A stretch of DNA of 63,889 nucleotides, filler included, from Octopus bimaculoides (GCF_001194135.2; 8 parts of 8 records of this genome joined end to end with filler, not necessarily neighbours in it), one strand, 5' to 3'; shown: positions 49,876 to 62,939, counted from the whole stretch's first letter. The notes: generated from the sequence alone by a model not told the origin. Made by a program: numbers and translations.

Positions 49876-52084
49876 ACAGTTTTCTGTACATTGTTTCCAG
49901 TGCATGAGAGAGAGAAATACCAAAGTTACATAAAACAGACAGAAAATTATTTTTAAAAGAAATAAATGATTGATTTTTGGCTCAGGTTTTGTTCATTTTT
50001 TTTTTCACATTTCTTTATTTAGTTACTTGTTTAAAGTTTAACTAAAGTATGCCTTGATGTTATTTATTATCATTTGTGTTGAGAGGAGCAGGGGGATCAG
50101 ATGTTTATCAGGTGTATATTTTCTCATGAAGAATTTAATCTTTATGCTTTACTTGTTTCAGTCATTGGACTGTGTCATGCTAGAGTACTACCTTGAAAGG
50201 TTTAGTCAAGTGGTTCTCAACTATTTTTGCCTGTGGACTCCTTTGATTACCACTGCCACTTGAAATTGAAAAACTAATTTTATAGACACTTCTTTCAAAA
50301 TTCCTATTTCATTTTTTCACACTCTAACCCTTTAGCGTTCTGATTACTCTGTCAAGTGAATGATTCACATTGTTTTGAATTAGTCATGTATTATCCTGTA
50401 GCTTCAAGATTAACACTAGAAGGACCAAACTTTTCACTTACCTTCAAGGACCAGAATGCGCCAATTGACATAGAGATGTCTTATAATTTGAAATGAAAAA
50501 AGAAATAGAGAAGTAAAAAAAACCTTATTAAATGTATAAATCTATTGAATATTGTAACTTCATGTGGTTTATTTGTTTTGTTTTTTTACAGTTGCTGCAC
50601 ACAACCTATAATATATAGTGTATATAGATATCACAAAACTATGAAAAGTGAATCACCATGATGTCAAAATTTACAGTAATTTTGAATTGTGTACAACTGA
50701 GATTTCAAAATGCATCAGTTGATATACTTGGTCCTTCTAGTGTTAATATAATGTGGTTGTATATTTTTAGATTGACATTGTAGGGTAGGCATAAGAGGCA
50801 CCTTGGGCAAGTATCGTCTACTATAGCCTGAGGCTGACCAAACCCTTGTGAGTGGAATTGGTAGATGGAAACTAAAAGAAGCCTGTTGTATATATATACA
50901 TATACTTGTATGTGTGTATATATATATACTTGTATGTGTGTATATATATATATATANNNNNNNNNNNNNNNNNNNNNNNNNNNNNNNNNNNNNNNNNNNN
51001 NNNNNNNNNNNNNNNNNNNNNNNNNNNNNNNNNNNNNNNNNNNNNNNNNNNNNNNNNNNNNNNNNNNNNNNNNNNNNNNNNNNNNNNNNNNNNNNNNNNN
51101 NNNNNNNNNNNNNNNNNNNNNNNNNNNNNNNNNNNNNNNNNNNNNNNNNNNNNNNNNNNNNNNNNNNNNNNNNNNNNNNNNNNNNNNNNNNNNNNNNNNN
51201 NNNNNNNNNNNNNNNNNNNNNNNNNNNNNNNNNNNNNCACACGGACACACTCACATATATATATATATATAACAGGCTTCTTTCAGTTTCCAGCTACAAA
51301 ATCCAATCACAAAGCTTTGATCAGTATGAGACTTTAGTGGAAGACACTTGCACACAATAGGACTGAACACAAGACCACATGGTTGAGAAGCAAGCTTCTT
51401 ACCACACAGCTATGACTGTTGAATTACGAAACTAAAATAGCATATTTACTATCATTATTCATTGTTATTCTGTTTATTTCTATAATTCCTTATCTCAGCT
51501 ATTAATTTCTAATCCTCAATAATTACCCTTTTAAAACTGTTGAAAAATATATAAAAAAGAATAACAACAGTTGGTGCATTAGTTGTGTTTAGCCCTGGGT
51601 CACTTGTAATTGGAACAAGCCTATGTCATGTCAGTCATTTGGGATTATACACCATCGCATAATGGGTATTTAGATAACTGCAACCTTGGCCCAGCTTATA
51701 GCTTCAGGCATATCTTTAATTACTAAAAAAAATGTCAACTACTTTCCCAGATATTCAGATATTGGTTTTCCTATTGTAATTGCTTAAATAAGAAACTATT
51801 ATATATATATATATATATATATATNNNNNNNNNNNNNNNNNNNNNNNNNNNNNNNNNNNNNNNNNNNNTTAATTAATTAANNNNNNNNNNNNNNNNNNNN
51901 NNNNNNNNNNNNNNNNNNNNNNNNTATGTGTTTTTCTGTGTCCGTAAGTTATGTCATCCTGTTCAAAGTGTTTGTTTATCTTTGTACCTCTCTGTCTTCC
52001 AGCCTATGGAATATACATACACACATGCATATATACACACATACATACATGCATACATTACATACACTAGCAAATCTACATACC

Positions 52085-52206
52085 CATCTACAATGGAGGC
52101 ATACAATGAAGGAGGGAGTCATAACAGCAGTATGTATTGAGAAATTTGTAAATGGACTTGATAGATTACTAGGTGATGTCTTAGAGAAATCACATTATTG
52201 TTGGTG
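52085..52206 (+). mobile_element. CR1-like LINE 3' end remnant
   Basis: WRHTMKEGVITAVCIEKFVNGLDRLL resembles the WNxLPxxVVxAxSxxxFKxxLD terminal motif. Confidence 0.5.
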
Positions 52207-52221
52207 ATACAGCATTCTATT

Positions 52222-53720
52222 CCAGCTATATGACATGTGTTTGCGCCGAAGTGACATGTGATGACGATTCACTCCCGAACTGAAATAGGCTCCCGGACTC
52301 TGTATCATGAATGGTTATGTGGACCACTCCTAACGAAAGTCAGACCTTCCTTCGACCACTGCATAAAAAGTATTAAGAAAAAATGTTATTTAGATATACT
52401 TTTATTTTAGTTGTATATACTATTTTACGCTTGTTTATACTCTTATACATTCAAAGTTCACAAATTTCCTTATTTAAATTATGAATCATATTCCCTTCGA
52501 TAATATCAATATGATTACAAAACTATTTTGTAGACGATATTTTCTGTTTGTTTGACACTACTTTTCAAATTGCTGGAGTCCGTTGCTCTATTCATAGTAA
52601 CATATAACTGGCCGTGTGTAAACATCGGAGTGGGTAAAAATACACCTACACGATCTAAAGTCTGGTCCTGTGCCTTGTTTGTAGTGAATGCGCGAGCGGA
52701 ATCTGTAGGAATCTGCCCATCTACGATGGGAAGTAAAGGGATAGTATCGTAAACCTGAGCCCTCCAAATTCACGAACNNNNNNNNNNNNNNNNNNNNNNN
52801 NNNNNNNNNNNNNNNNNNNNNNNNNNNNNNNNNNNNNNNNNNNNNNNNNNNNNNNNNNNNNNNNNNNNNNNNNNNNNNNNNNNNNNNNNNNNNNNNNNNN
52901 NNNNNNNNNNNNNNNNNNNNNNNNNNNNNNNNNNNNNNNNNNNNNNNNNNNNNNNNNNNNNNNNNNNNNNNNNNNNNNNNNNNNNNNNNNNNNNNNNNNN
53001 NNNNNNNNNNNNNNNNNNNNNNNNNNNNNNNNNNNNNNNNNNNNNNNNNNNNNNNNNNNNNNNNNNNNNNNNNNNNNNNNNNNNNNNNNNNNNNNNNNNN
53101 NNNNNNNNNNNNNNNNNNNNNNNNNNNNNNNNNNNNNNNNNNNNNNNNNNNNNNNNNNNNNNNNNNNNNNNNNNNNNNNNNNNNNNNNNNNNNNNNNNNN
53201 NNNNNNNNNNNNNNNNNNNNNNNNNNNNNNNNCCTGCTCGTGAAATTAACGTGCAAGTGGCTGAGCACTCCACAGACACGTGTACCCTTAACGTAGTTCT
53301 CGGGGATATTCAGCGTGACACAGTGTGACAAGGCTGACCCTTTGAATTACAGGCACAACAGAAACAGGAAGAAAGAGTGAGAGAAAGAAAGTTGTGGTAG
53401 AAGAGTACAGCAGGGTTCGCCACCATCCCCTGCCGGAGCCTCGTGGAGCTTTAGGTGTTTTCACTCAAAAAACACTCACAACGCCCGGTCTGGAAATCGA
53501 AACCGCGATCCTATGACCGCGAGTCCGCTGCCCTAACCACTGGGCCATTGCGCCTCCCAATATCCACTAAATAATCATACTCATTCACATTTTTTTCGCT
53601 AAAAAACCTTCCTGATTACCTCCTTCGTAATTCCGAAAAACATCGTGACCATTGGTCCAGCCGTTTGACCGTGAAGAGGGCACAGACAGACAGACGGACA
53701 TAACGCCTATTATAGTATGA
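52222..53720 (-). mobile_element. Non-autonomous Helitron derivative retaining the PIF1 helicase C-terminus
   Basis: Minus 5' end A|TCATACTATAATAGGCG followed by (CTGT)n; minus translation of 52527-52730 AFTTNKAQDQTLDRVGVFLPTPMFTHGQLYVTMNRAT..TENIVYKIVL*; 3' end approximate. Confidence 0.8.
53233..53557 (-). mobile_element. Young tRNA-Arg-like-headed SINE nested in the Helitron
   Basis: ggaggcgcaatggcccagtggttagggcagcggactcgcggtcataggatcgcggtttcgatttccagaccgggcg; CpGs are intact. Confidence 0.9.
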
Positions 53721-54123
53721 TACATACGTACGTACTTGTATGTATGTATGTATGNNNNNNNNNNNNNNNNNNNNNNNNNNNNNNNNNNNNNNNNNNNNTT
53801 AATTAATTAANNNNNNNNNNNNNNNNNNNNNNNNNNNNNNNNNNNNNNNNNNNNGTGGTGGTGGTGGTGGTGGTGGTTGTGGTGGTGGTGGTGGTGGTGG
53901 TGGTGATGGTGGTGGTGGTGGTGGAGGAGATGGTGGCTGCCATAATGGCTATCATGGAGGTAATGGTAGTTATGGTGGAAGCGGTGTTGGTGGTAGAAGC
54001 AACTTTGGGATTATGGTGGTGGTAGTAGCAGGTTTGGTGGTAGTAGCAGGTTTGGTGGTAGTGCGGTATTGTTTTCGTTGGGTATTTTATTTCCTTGTTG
54101 CCATATCGAAGCCGCTGACTTAC

Positions 54124-54158
<35 letters not shown>

Positions 54159-54304
54159 TGTATATATGTATGCATATGTATGTATGTATATGTGTAGGTG
54201 TAAATGTATGTATATGTACATATGTATGAGTGTGTATATATATATGTATATATATATTAATATATATGTGTAGGTGTATATGTATGTATATGTATCTATG
54301 TATG

Positions 54305-54336
<32 letters not shown>

Positions 54337-54556
54337 TATATAAGTATACATATATATATACATACATACATATACATACATAAAAGTACGCATAATGCAA
54401 ACATACATAAAGCAAACATACATACAAACAAGCATGTCTGTCTGTGCGTCTGTGTGCAAACGTCATCCGTTTTATCTTGTCAATTTTGGAAGAGCAGAAT
54501 TGTCGGTTTTTGTGTCTTGTAATGTTTAATTTGGCCTCCTGGCATCCTCATCATGG

Positions 54557-54558
54557 CC

Positions 54559-54623
<65 letters not shown>

Positions 54624-54900
54624 CATCGTGATCTTCAACGTTACCAGCAACGCCATCATCATCATCATCGTCAGCATCGTCATCATCATCATCATCGTCA
54701 TCATCATCATCATCGTCATCGTCATCGTCGTCATCACCATCATCGTCATCATCGTCATTAGTCATCATCATCATCATCATCGTCAGCATCGTCATCATCA
54801 TCATCATCGTCAGCATCGTCATCATCATCATTAGTCATCATCATCATCATCATCATCATCGTCATTAGTCATCATCATCATCATCACCATCATCGTCATC
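54557..54900. repeat. (GTA)n and (CAT/CGT)n triplet repeats
   Basis: Visible directly in the sequence. Confidence 0.95.
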
Positions 54901-55562
54901 NNNNNNNNNNNNNNNNNNNNNNNNNNNNNNNNNNNNNNNNNNNNNNNNNNNNNNNNNNNNNNNNNNNNNNNNNNNNNNNNNNNNNNNNNNNNNNNNNNNN
55001 NNNNNNNNNNNNNNNNNNNNNNNNNNNNNNNNNNNNNNNNNNNNNNNNNNNNNNNNNNNNNNNNNNNNNNNNNNNNNNNNNNNNNNNNNNNNNNNNNNNN
55101 NNNNNNNNNNNNNNNNNNNNNNNNNNNNNNNNNNNNNNNNNNNNNNNNNNNNNNNNNNNNNNNNNNNNNNNNNNNNNNNNNNNNNNNNNNNNNNNNNNNN
55201 NNNNNNNNNNNNNNNNNNNNNNNNNNNNNNNNNNNNNNNNNNNNNNNNNNNNNNNNNNNTTTGCCTCCTCCCCCTCCTCTTCTTCCTCTACTTCTACTTC
55301 TTTATTATTATTACAATTATTATTATTATTGTTCTTGCTGTTGTTGTTATTGTTGTTGTTCTTGCTTCCACTCTTCATCATTTGGTTATTATGTCAAGTT
55401 TACGAATTTAATCCAGAACGGGAGAGAAGGAAAGCGAGGAAGAAGAGAAAAGAAAGAAAGAAGAAGAAAAAGAAGAAGAAGAACAACAACAACAAAAACA
55501 ACAACAACAACACAACAACAATATAAGCGACATATGTGAAAAAACACGTTTTTCAAAATGGT

Positions 55563-55616
<54 letters not shown>

Positions 55617-56635
55617 ATAGTAGTAGTAATAGTAGTAATGATAATAAACTACTCGCCAATCGTCGTCCACCCCGCTTCTTATCCAGCAAATTATATTTGC
55701 ACAATAGATTTCAGTAATTATAACATAGAAATTAATATTGTTTGTTCCTCCTGTTGTCGTCGTTAATACACATACATACATACGTACATACATACATACA
55801 TACATACATACATACATACATTCATACATATGTATACATATACATAGATATACACATATATACACGTATATATACATAGATAGAAGTGGTGTTATTGTCT
55901 GCTTCAATCAAACAAAAATAAAAATTGCAAATGGCGACTGTCAGACGACAGAATTTCGTTCTTCTCTAAACATACACTGTTTAAACAATTCGTTAAAGGT
56001 TTACAGGCTTCGGTGAGGAAGAAAGAAAGACGGAGAGGATAGAGAGAGATGTTATTAGTTGTTATTCGTGTTCTTTATTTCTTTCTTCGATGTTATTCTA
56101 TTAATTATCATTTCAAATGATATGGAGATGTTTGAGAGATGTTTCGGTGATGTATCAGATCTGTTTGCTCATCTTTTTCGTCACTTACAAAACCAAATGT
56201 TTTCAAAATGAAAGATCTTCAGATTTTTGCGGTTCAATCAACTAACATACAACAGGAAGAACACATAAACGACCAGAAAAAAAAAACAGAAGAGGTAAAA
56301 AGAACTATAAAGAGGTAAAAACGGACAGAGATAGCAGCAGAAACAGAAATGCCGATATAGTGACATGAACATATTTTCAACGCTTACAGATACACGTACA
56401 CGATCTATACATAAAAATACGAGTGTATATATTAACCGGAGCACTGACGCAGCGTATTTGAGGTAAATTTTGGAAAGTACAATCATGGCTTTTACTTATT
56501 ACTTGTTTCAGCGACTGGACTACTGCCATACTGGGGCATCGCCTTGCATATGTTCCGTAGTTTCTTGTCGAACGACCTGGACAAGTGTTTTTGTTATGTC
56601 TCAACGCTACTGCTATCTAGCACCTTCGGATGATC

Positions 56636-56705
56636 TCTACTCAACCGCTACACAACTGCTACTCGACTGCTACTCGACTGCTACTCGACTGCTACTCAAC
56701 ACTCC
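56636..56705 (+). repeat. 11-bp minisatellite (CTACTCGACTG)n, about 6 units
   Basis: ctactcaaccg ctacacaactg ctactcgactg x3 ctactcaacac. Confidence 0.85.
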
Positions 56706-57214
56706 TACCACGGCCAGACTACCTCTATTTATATGTCCTGGGAGATCCTACTTCTTCGCCTGGGGGCGTCGACACAACAGATTTGTTCATAGTGATGAAA
56801 TGTTCGTGCTGCACATTAGCTCATTAAATCGACGTTGTTTGAACAGGTGCAAGGTGTGCCACATGTCAGATGTCGATGTGATCGCCGAGCAACGTGAGAT
56901 GAGGTGTTTTACTCGAGAATACAATGCACTGCCCAGCTCGAGAATCGAGAATTTCACATATTTAAAGCACTTGCTGTAACAATATAAATGCGGTTAATGA
57001 TATATGTATCGTTGAAGGTATTCACGGTAAGGTGGTGAATTAGTAGTTGTTAGAGTGCTGGAGATAATGCATCATAGTGTTGTGTTGAATCTCTACCTTC
57101 TGAGATCAAATCCTACAGTAGACAACTGTTTTTTGTTTTCGGTGGGTGGGACGATCAAAAGTACCGATCAATGGCGGTGGATTGAGAGAAACGTTGAGAC
57201 GATCGAAAAGGGCT

Positions 57215-57460
57215 TACATAAACCCTATGCTCCCAATGAAGCAGGGACCATCAAACACATATCTTCGCTGTTCTCGTCTATGAACCGTCATTTCTGCTTC
57301 TCTCCGGTTAATTCCCTGCTTTGTTATCTCTTCCTCAGCATCCCGCCTCCATCTTTTTTAGCGCATTCTCTCTTCCGCTTCCTTGGTGAGATCTAGATCA
57401 GGGCCGGAGATGTATGTTTCCCTGTGGAGAGGTCCTTCCTCTGCCAGATCCTGTTCGTTT
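57215..57460 (-). mobile_element. RTE/BovB-like LINE 3' terminus
   Basis: Minus translation with frameshifts: AL.*ISPRKRKR..AEEEITKQGINRREAEMTVHRREQRRYVFDGPCFIGS. Confidence 0.6.
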
Positions 57461-57467
57461 GAACTTT

Positions 57468-57661
57468 TACTTGTTTCAGTCATTAGAATTCGGTTATGCT
57501 GGGAACCCGCCTTGAATTTTTAGTCGAATGAATCGACCCCAGTACTTATTTGTTAACCGGATACTTATTCCATCGTTCTCTTTTGCCGAACCGCTAGGTT
57601 ACAGGGATGCAAGCACACTAACGATGGTTGTCAAGCGGTGATGGGGAAACAAACGCAGAAA

Positions 57662-57699
<38 letters not shown>

Positions 57700-57867
57700 A
57701 ACATATGTATATGTTTCTTTCAGTTTTCATCTTTCAAATCCACTCACAAGGCTTTGGTCAGCCCCGAGGTTATAGTAGAAGTCACTTGCCCAAGGTGCCA
57801 CACAGTGGGACTGAACCCAGAACCATGTGATTGGAAAGCAAACTTCTCACCACACAGTCACACCTAT

Positions 57868-57923
<56 letters not shown>

Positions 57924-58085
57924 GGTGAGCTTCTAGAGTTTCCATCTACCAAATCCACTCACAAGACAATGATTACCCCGAGGCTATAGCAGAAAACACA
58001 TGCCCAAGGTACCACCAGTGGGACCCGAGCCTAGGACCATGTGGTTGGGAAACAAGCTTCTTACCACACAATTACGCATGTGCCT
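57468..58085 (-). mobile_element. Composite CORE-like SINEs with internal microsatellite
   Basis: aaatccactcacaaggctttggtc..ttgcccaaggtgccac..cagtgggactgaaccc head/CORE block occurs twice; second module ttttacttgtttcagtca..aatcgaccccagtacttat. Confidence 0.85.
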
Positions 58086-58169
58086 ACAAAGATTGAAATC
58101 GACTGCATAAGACTTGAATTCACAATATAAAGGGTTCTGTAACCTTGTATTTCTTTTAGATAAGTGTGT

Positions 58170-58720
58170 TTGTCCCACACAAACTCATCCAGTTCTCGGC
58201 CCTGCGCTACATTATCTGCTTCTCTCCAGATGAATCCTTGCTTTATCTTTGCCTCTTCCTTTCGTATTTTACTGTGCTATGTCATAATTTCCTTGGAAGA
58301 GGGCCTCCCCGGCCAGGTTTGTTAGTTCTGGGGTGTCATCAATACTTCTGTAGCATTGCTTTTATTTTCTAAATAGAATTGTTGGCCCTATACAAACACA
58401 TTTTTACTTCTGGGAAGAGATAGTCCATTTTATTCCAGCCCTATCCTTCGACATGTCCAGTACTGGGAATCCCACCAGGCGTTTACATACTTCCAGGGTC
58501 ATTCAAGGGCACAAGCCATTACACTGCAACAAGACACGGGACCTTATGGTGATGCCTTGCGGTATTCATTCGGCTTCTTAACCTTCTGACAGCAATTTCT
58601 ATAAGGACAGATGTGCCAAACCCTTTTGGTTTAAGTCGGTGGACATATCGTTCGATAAACATCAGTGATGTGGAGCAGAGATGCGATGTACATGTGTAGG
58701 CAACAGCCAGTCTTCCTTAA
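58170..58720 (-). mobile_element. Decayed RTE-like LINE 3' remnant (tentative)
   Basis: Minus TPE..GRPSSKE..KQGFIWREADNVAQGRE resembles the RTE C-terminal GRP..TW..WxEAxxxAQDR motif. Confidence 0.45.
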
Positions 58721-58739
58721 AAAAAATTTATTCATAACA

Positions 58740-59859
58740 TATAGGCGCAGGCGTGGTTTTTCCCAACCACAAAGTTCCGGGTTCAGTCCCATTGCGTGGC
58801 AGCTTGGGCAAGTGTCTTCTGCTATAGCCTTGGACTGACCAAAGCTTTATGAGTGGATTTGGTGGACGGAAATTGAAAGAAGCCCGTCACATATATATAT
58901 ATATTATTCATCTGAATCTAATATATAGGAGTGGCTGTGTGGTAACTAGCTTGCTTACCAACCACATGGTTCCGGGTTCATTCCCACTGCGTGACACCTT
59001 GGGCAAGTGTCTTCTACTATAGTCTCGGGCTGACCAAGCCTTGTGAGTGGATTTGGTAGACGGAAACAGAAAGAAGCCCGTTGTATATATGTGTATGTAT
59101 ATATATGTATGTATGCATGTATGTATGTATATATACCTATATATATGTGTGTGTGTGTGTCTTTGTGTCCGTGTTTGTCCCCCACCACCGTTTGATAACT
59201 GGTTTTGGTGTNNNNNNNNNNTGACAACCGATGGTGGTGTGTTTACGTCCACGTAACATAGCGGTTCAGCAAAAGAGACTGATAGAATAAGTACTAGGCT
59301 CCCAAAGTATAAGTCCTGGGGTCGATTTGTTTGACTAAAGGCGGTGCTCCAGCATGGCCGCAGTCAAATGACTGAAACAAGTAAAAGAGTAAAAGAGTAA
59401 AAAAGTAAAAGAGTAAAGAGTATATATATATGTATGTATGCATGTATGTATGTATATATACCTATATATATGTGTGTGTGTGTGTCTTTGTGTCCGTGTT
59501 TGTCCCCCACCACCGTTTGATAACTGGTTTTGGTGTATTTACGTTCTTGTAACTTAGGGGTTCGACAAAAGTGACCGATAGTACCTGGCTTAACAAAAGA
59601 ATAAGTACTGCGGTTGCTTCATTCGATTGAAAATTCTGATAAAAAATTCTTCATGGCCGCAATCTAATGACCGAAACAAGTAAACGATAAAAGATATATA
59701 TTATAGGCTGCGGCTCCGTTTTAAGAAGCTTGCTTCCCAACTACATAGTTCCGGGTTCAATCCCACTGTGTGACACCTTGGGCCAGTGTCTTCTACTATA
59801 GCCTCCGGCTGACCAAAGCCTTGTGAGTGGATTTGGTGAAAACTGAAAGAAGCCTGTCG

Positions 59860-59901
<42 letters not shown>

Positions 59902-60120
59902 TCTACGTATCTGTGGGTTTGTGTCTGTGTTTGTTTCCCACTACCGCTTCTCAACCGGTGTTGGTGTATTTACGTATCTGTAACTTAGCAGTGCGGTAAA
60001 AGAAACAAAAGAATAAGTACTGGAGTTGATTCATTCGATTTAAAATTCCGGCTAAAAAATTCTTCAAGGTAGTGCCACAGCATAGCCGCAGTCCAATGAG
60101 TGAAACATGTAAAAGAGAAA
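58740..60120 (+). mobile_element. Tandem cluster of composite CORE-like SINEs
   Basis: Heads ccgggttca(g/t)tcccact/ttgcgtg.cac/gcttgggcaagtgtcttct near 58780, 58975 and 59755; tails gcatggccgcagtc.aatga.tgaaacaagtaaaag. Confidence 0.85.
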
Positions 60121-60372
60121 TAGGTAAAAGCTATCATATCTGGCTGGTATGTCTCTGGGGACAAATTGGTTGACCTGCCATGCTGAAGAATCTTAGAATG
60201 CACACATTCTTTGAGCTGGGGTGTGTAACCAGTAAGATGATTCTTAACGTGTTTGGGAACGTTTGTGTGGGTGGGGATCTCGGGTAGCTTACGTATGTGG
60301 TAGTACATGGGTCGGGGTGTGACATAGGAGGAGAGGTAGAAATGGAATGCGTGTGCAAAGTGAACAGTGCTA

Positions 60373-60441
<69 letters not shown>

Positions 60442-60541
60442 NNNNNNNNNNNNNNNNNNNNNNNNNNNNNNNNNNNNNNNNNNNNTTAATTAATTAANNN
60501 NNNNNNNNNNNNNNNNNNNNNNNNNNNNNNNNNNNNNNNNN

Positions 60542-62280
60542 GATAACTACTAAAACCAATTCAATTAATAATTCGATTAATAATCAAATCGGTCTACAGT
60601 TAAATCTATTTAAAAATAGTCGCTCGTCAGGTCTAAAATAAAATAAAAATAATAATAAAGAAATCAATGTACATATTGTAACTTATACTAAATATCTAAA
60701 TATCTAAAAAAAAATACTTGTTTTAACAATAAATAAATAAATAATTGAAAAACATTTAGCAATATTTCTTAAAGTAAAAACGCATCTTATCGAAGAATTG
60801 CTGTAAACTAAAATTTCCAACGGAAATTTTAAATGTAATACGTAGAACTTAATGTTTATACGAAATATATCGCATGAAAATACGGCGTAAATTAAAAATT
60901 ATGGAATAATGAGATAGAAATGTGTATTTAAAGCCTTAAGATGACTTAATGTATTTTAGATGTGAGAATAAGGAAAAAAATTAACTGTACTTAAAAATAC
61001 TAAAGTCTAAATAACTTAAATCTAAAATGCGTAAAATACATCATATTTTATATACAAAATGAAGCTAAATTACAATAATTCAATCTATTTACATTAATTA
61101 ATTAATTTATTTATTTTATAAACATCTTAGTTTAATGTTATTCTAAATATGTAATATATCCTTTATAATTTTGTGCTAATTTATACACATTCTACTACTA
61201 CAAATCATAACTAGAACAATTAGTAACATAAAATAGGGTTCATATAAATACACAACTCAACTAAACTTATATAAGTAATTTAACTTAGGTCTGCATTTAA
61301 TTTTTCATTCATTTAGGGAATTAATCAATTCTTTATTATCAGTTAATAATATCTCCTTAAATTCATTAGTACATAATAAACAAGAAGCACTACCTTACAA
61401 ACTACCTCCCAATTTAAATTGTACATAATATTTTTAGATTTTAGTTCCCATATATATTTACTAAGGCCAGTAGAATTAATTAAATTTATTAAATTTAAGC
61501 TGAATAGGTTTCACAAAAGCAAATCAAGTAATTATTCCAATAATAATAATGATAATAATAATAATAATAATACAGACCAGAACATAATTGCACATTTAGA
61601 GATAAAAATAAATGTAAATTTAATAATAACTGTAATTTGGAGGATGTAATATTAAATGTGTAGTGACTTGGATTGATTATAATAATAGGAATGGTTATAA
61701 TTTAAATACTATTTACATAGGGTCAACTTGTAATAAAATTAAATTACGGGTGGCTCAACATATGAATTCTTTTAAGAATAGAAATTTAATTAATTCCACT
61801 GGCCTTAGTAAATATATATGGGAACTAAAATCAAAAAATATTATGTACAATACATTAAGTCATCTTAACGGTTTAAATACATATTTCTATCTCATTATTC
61901 CATAATTTTTTATTTACGCCGTATTTTCACGTGATACATTTCGTATAAACACTAAGTTCTACGTATTGCGTTGAAAATTTTAGTTTACAGCAATTCTTCG
62001 ATAAGATAAGTTGTGTTTTTATTTTTAAAAATATTGTTAAATGTTTTATGATTATTTATTTATTTATTGTTAAAACAAGTATTTTTTTTTAGATATTTAG
62101 TATAAGTTACAATATGTACATTGATTTTTATTATTATTATTTTTATTTTATCTTAGACCTGATGAGTGACTATTCTTAGATTTAACTGTAGATCGATTTG
62201 ATTATTAATCGAATTATTAATTGAATTGGTTTTAGTAGTTATCTATTTGAAAATATAGCCACAAAATGTGCGTAGTCATT
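60542..62280. mobile_element. Penelope-like element as two head-to-head 5'-truncated units (inverted pseudo-LTR structure)
   Basis: 60542-60955 is the reverse complement of ~61849-62243; 61418-61487 is the reverse complement of ~61783-61851; GIY-YIG translation IYIGSTCNKIKLRVAQHMNSFKNRNLINSTGLSKYIWELK (+) and YNLNWEVVCK..SCLLCTNEFKEILL (-). Confidence 0.9.
62156..62277 (+). ncRNA. Decayed type I hammerhead ribozyme with very long stem II
   Basis: GAC-CUGAUGA-GUGACUAU[81 nt]AUAG(C)CAC-(A)AAA-UGUGCG-UA|GUC; the inverted copy at 60615-60635 reads GAC-CUGACGA-GCGACUAU on the minus strand. Confidence 0.7.
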
Positions 62281-62842
62281 TTATACCGTTTACTAGTTAT
62301 TCTTTTATGTATTTTTATTGATTTTTTGAATAAGGTTTTTATGATATATTTATTTTGTGGAGGGTATGAATTAAATTCTTCTTTATTGAATTATTGAATA
62401 GTGGTTTTTCTCTAAATTATATATATATATTTTATATTGGGAAATTTGATTTAGTATTGCTAAATTGAATTTTTCCCTGTAAGTTTTGGAATTTATTCCC
62501 TAATATTATTATATATATATATATATGTGTGTGTTTTGGAATTTATTCCCTAATATTATTATTATATATATGTATGTATGTATGTGCGTGTATACTTTTG
62601 TGTGTCTGTGCTTGTCCCGCCCCCCAAGCATCACTTGACAACTGATGGTGGTGTGTTTACGTCCCTGTAGTTTAATGGTTTGGCAAAATAGGCTGATAGA
62701 ATAAGTACTAGGCTTACAAAGAATAATTCCTGGGGTCGATTTNNNNNNNNNNNNNNNNNNNNNNNNNNNNNNNNNNNNNNNNNNNNTTAATTAATTAANN
62801 NNNNNNNNNNNNNNNNNNNNNNNNNNNNNNNNNNNNNNNNNN

Positions 62843-62935
62843 ACGAATGCCGATCGAGGCTCCCTCTGCCCTTTTTCCCCTTCCGGTCGACTTGCCCTTC
62901 CGGTCAGCCTCCCCAGACACTGACGTCATACCACA
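62843..62935 (-). mobile_element. Gypsy integrase C-terminal fragment, same family as 41790-43094
   Basis: cgaatgccgatcgaggctccctctgccctttt..cagcctccccagacactga is near-identical to 42018-42105. Confidence 0.85.
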
Positions 62936-62939
62936 GTGA

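Noticed and set aside
53521-53557. tRNA-like sequences in SINE heads
   Set aside because: Attached to SINE bodies and lacking full acceptor-stem pairing; not tRNA genes
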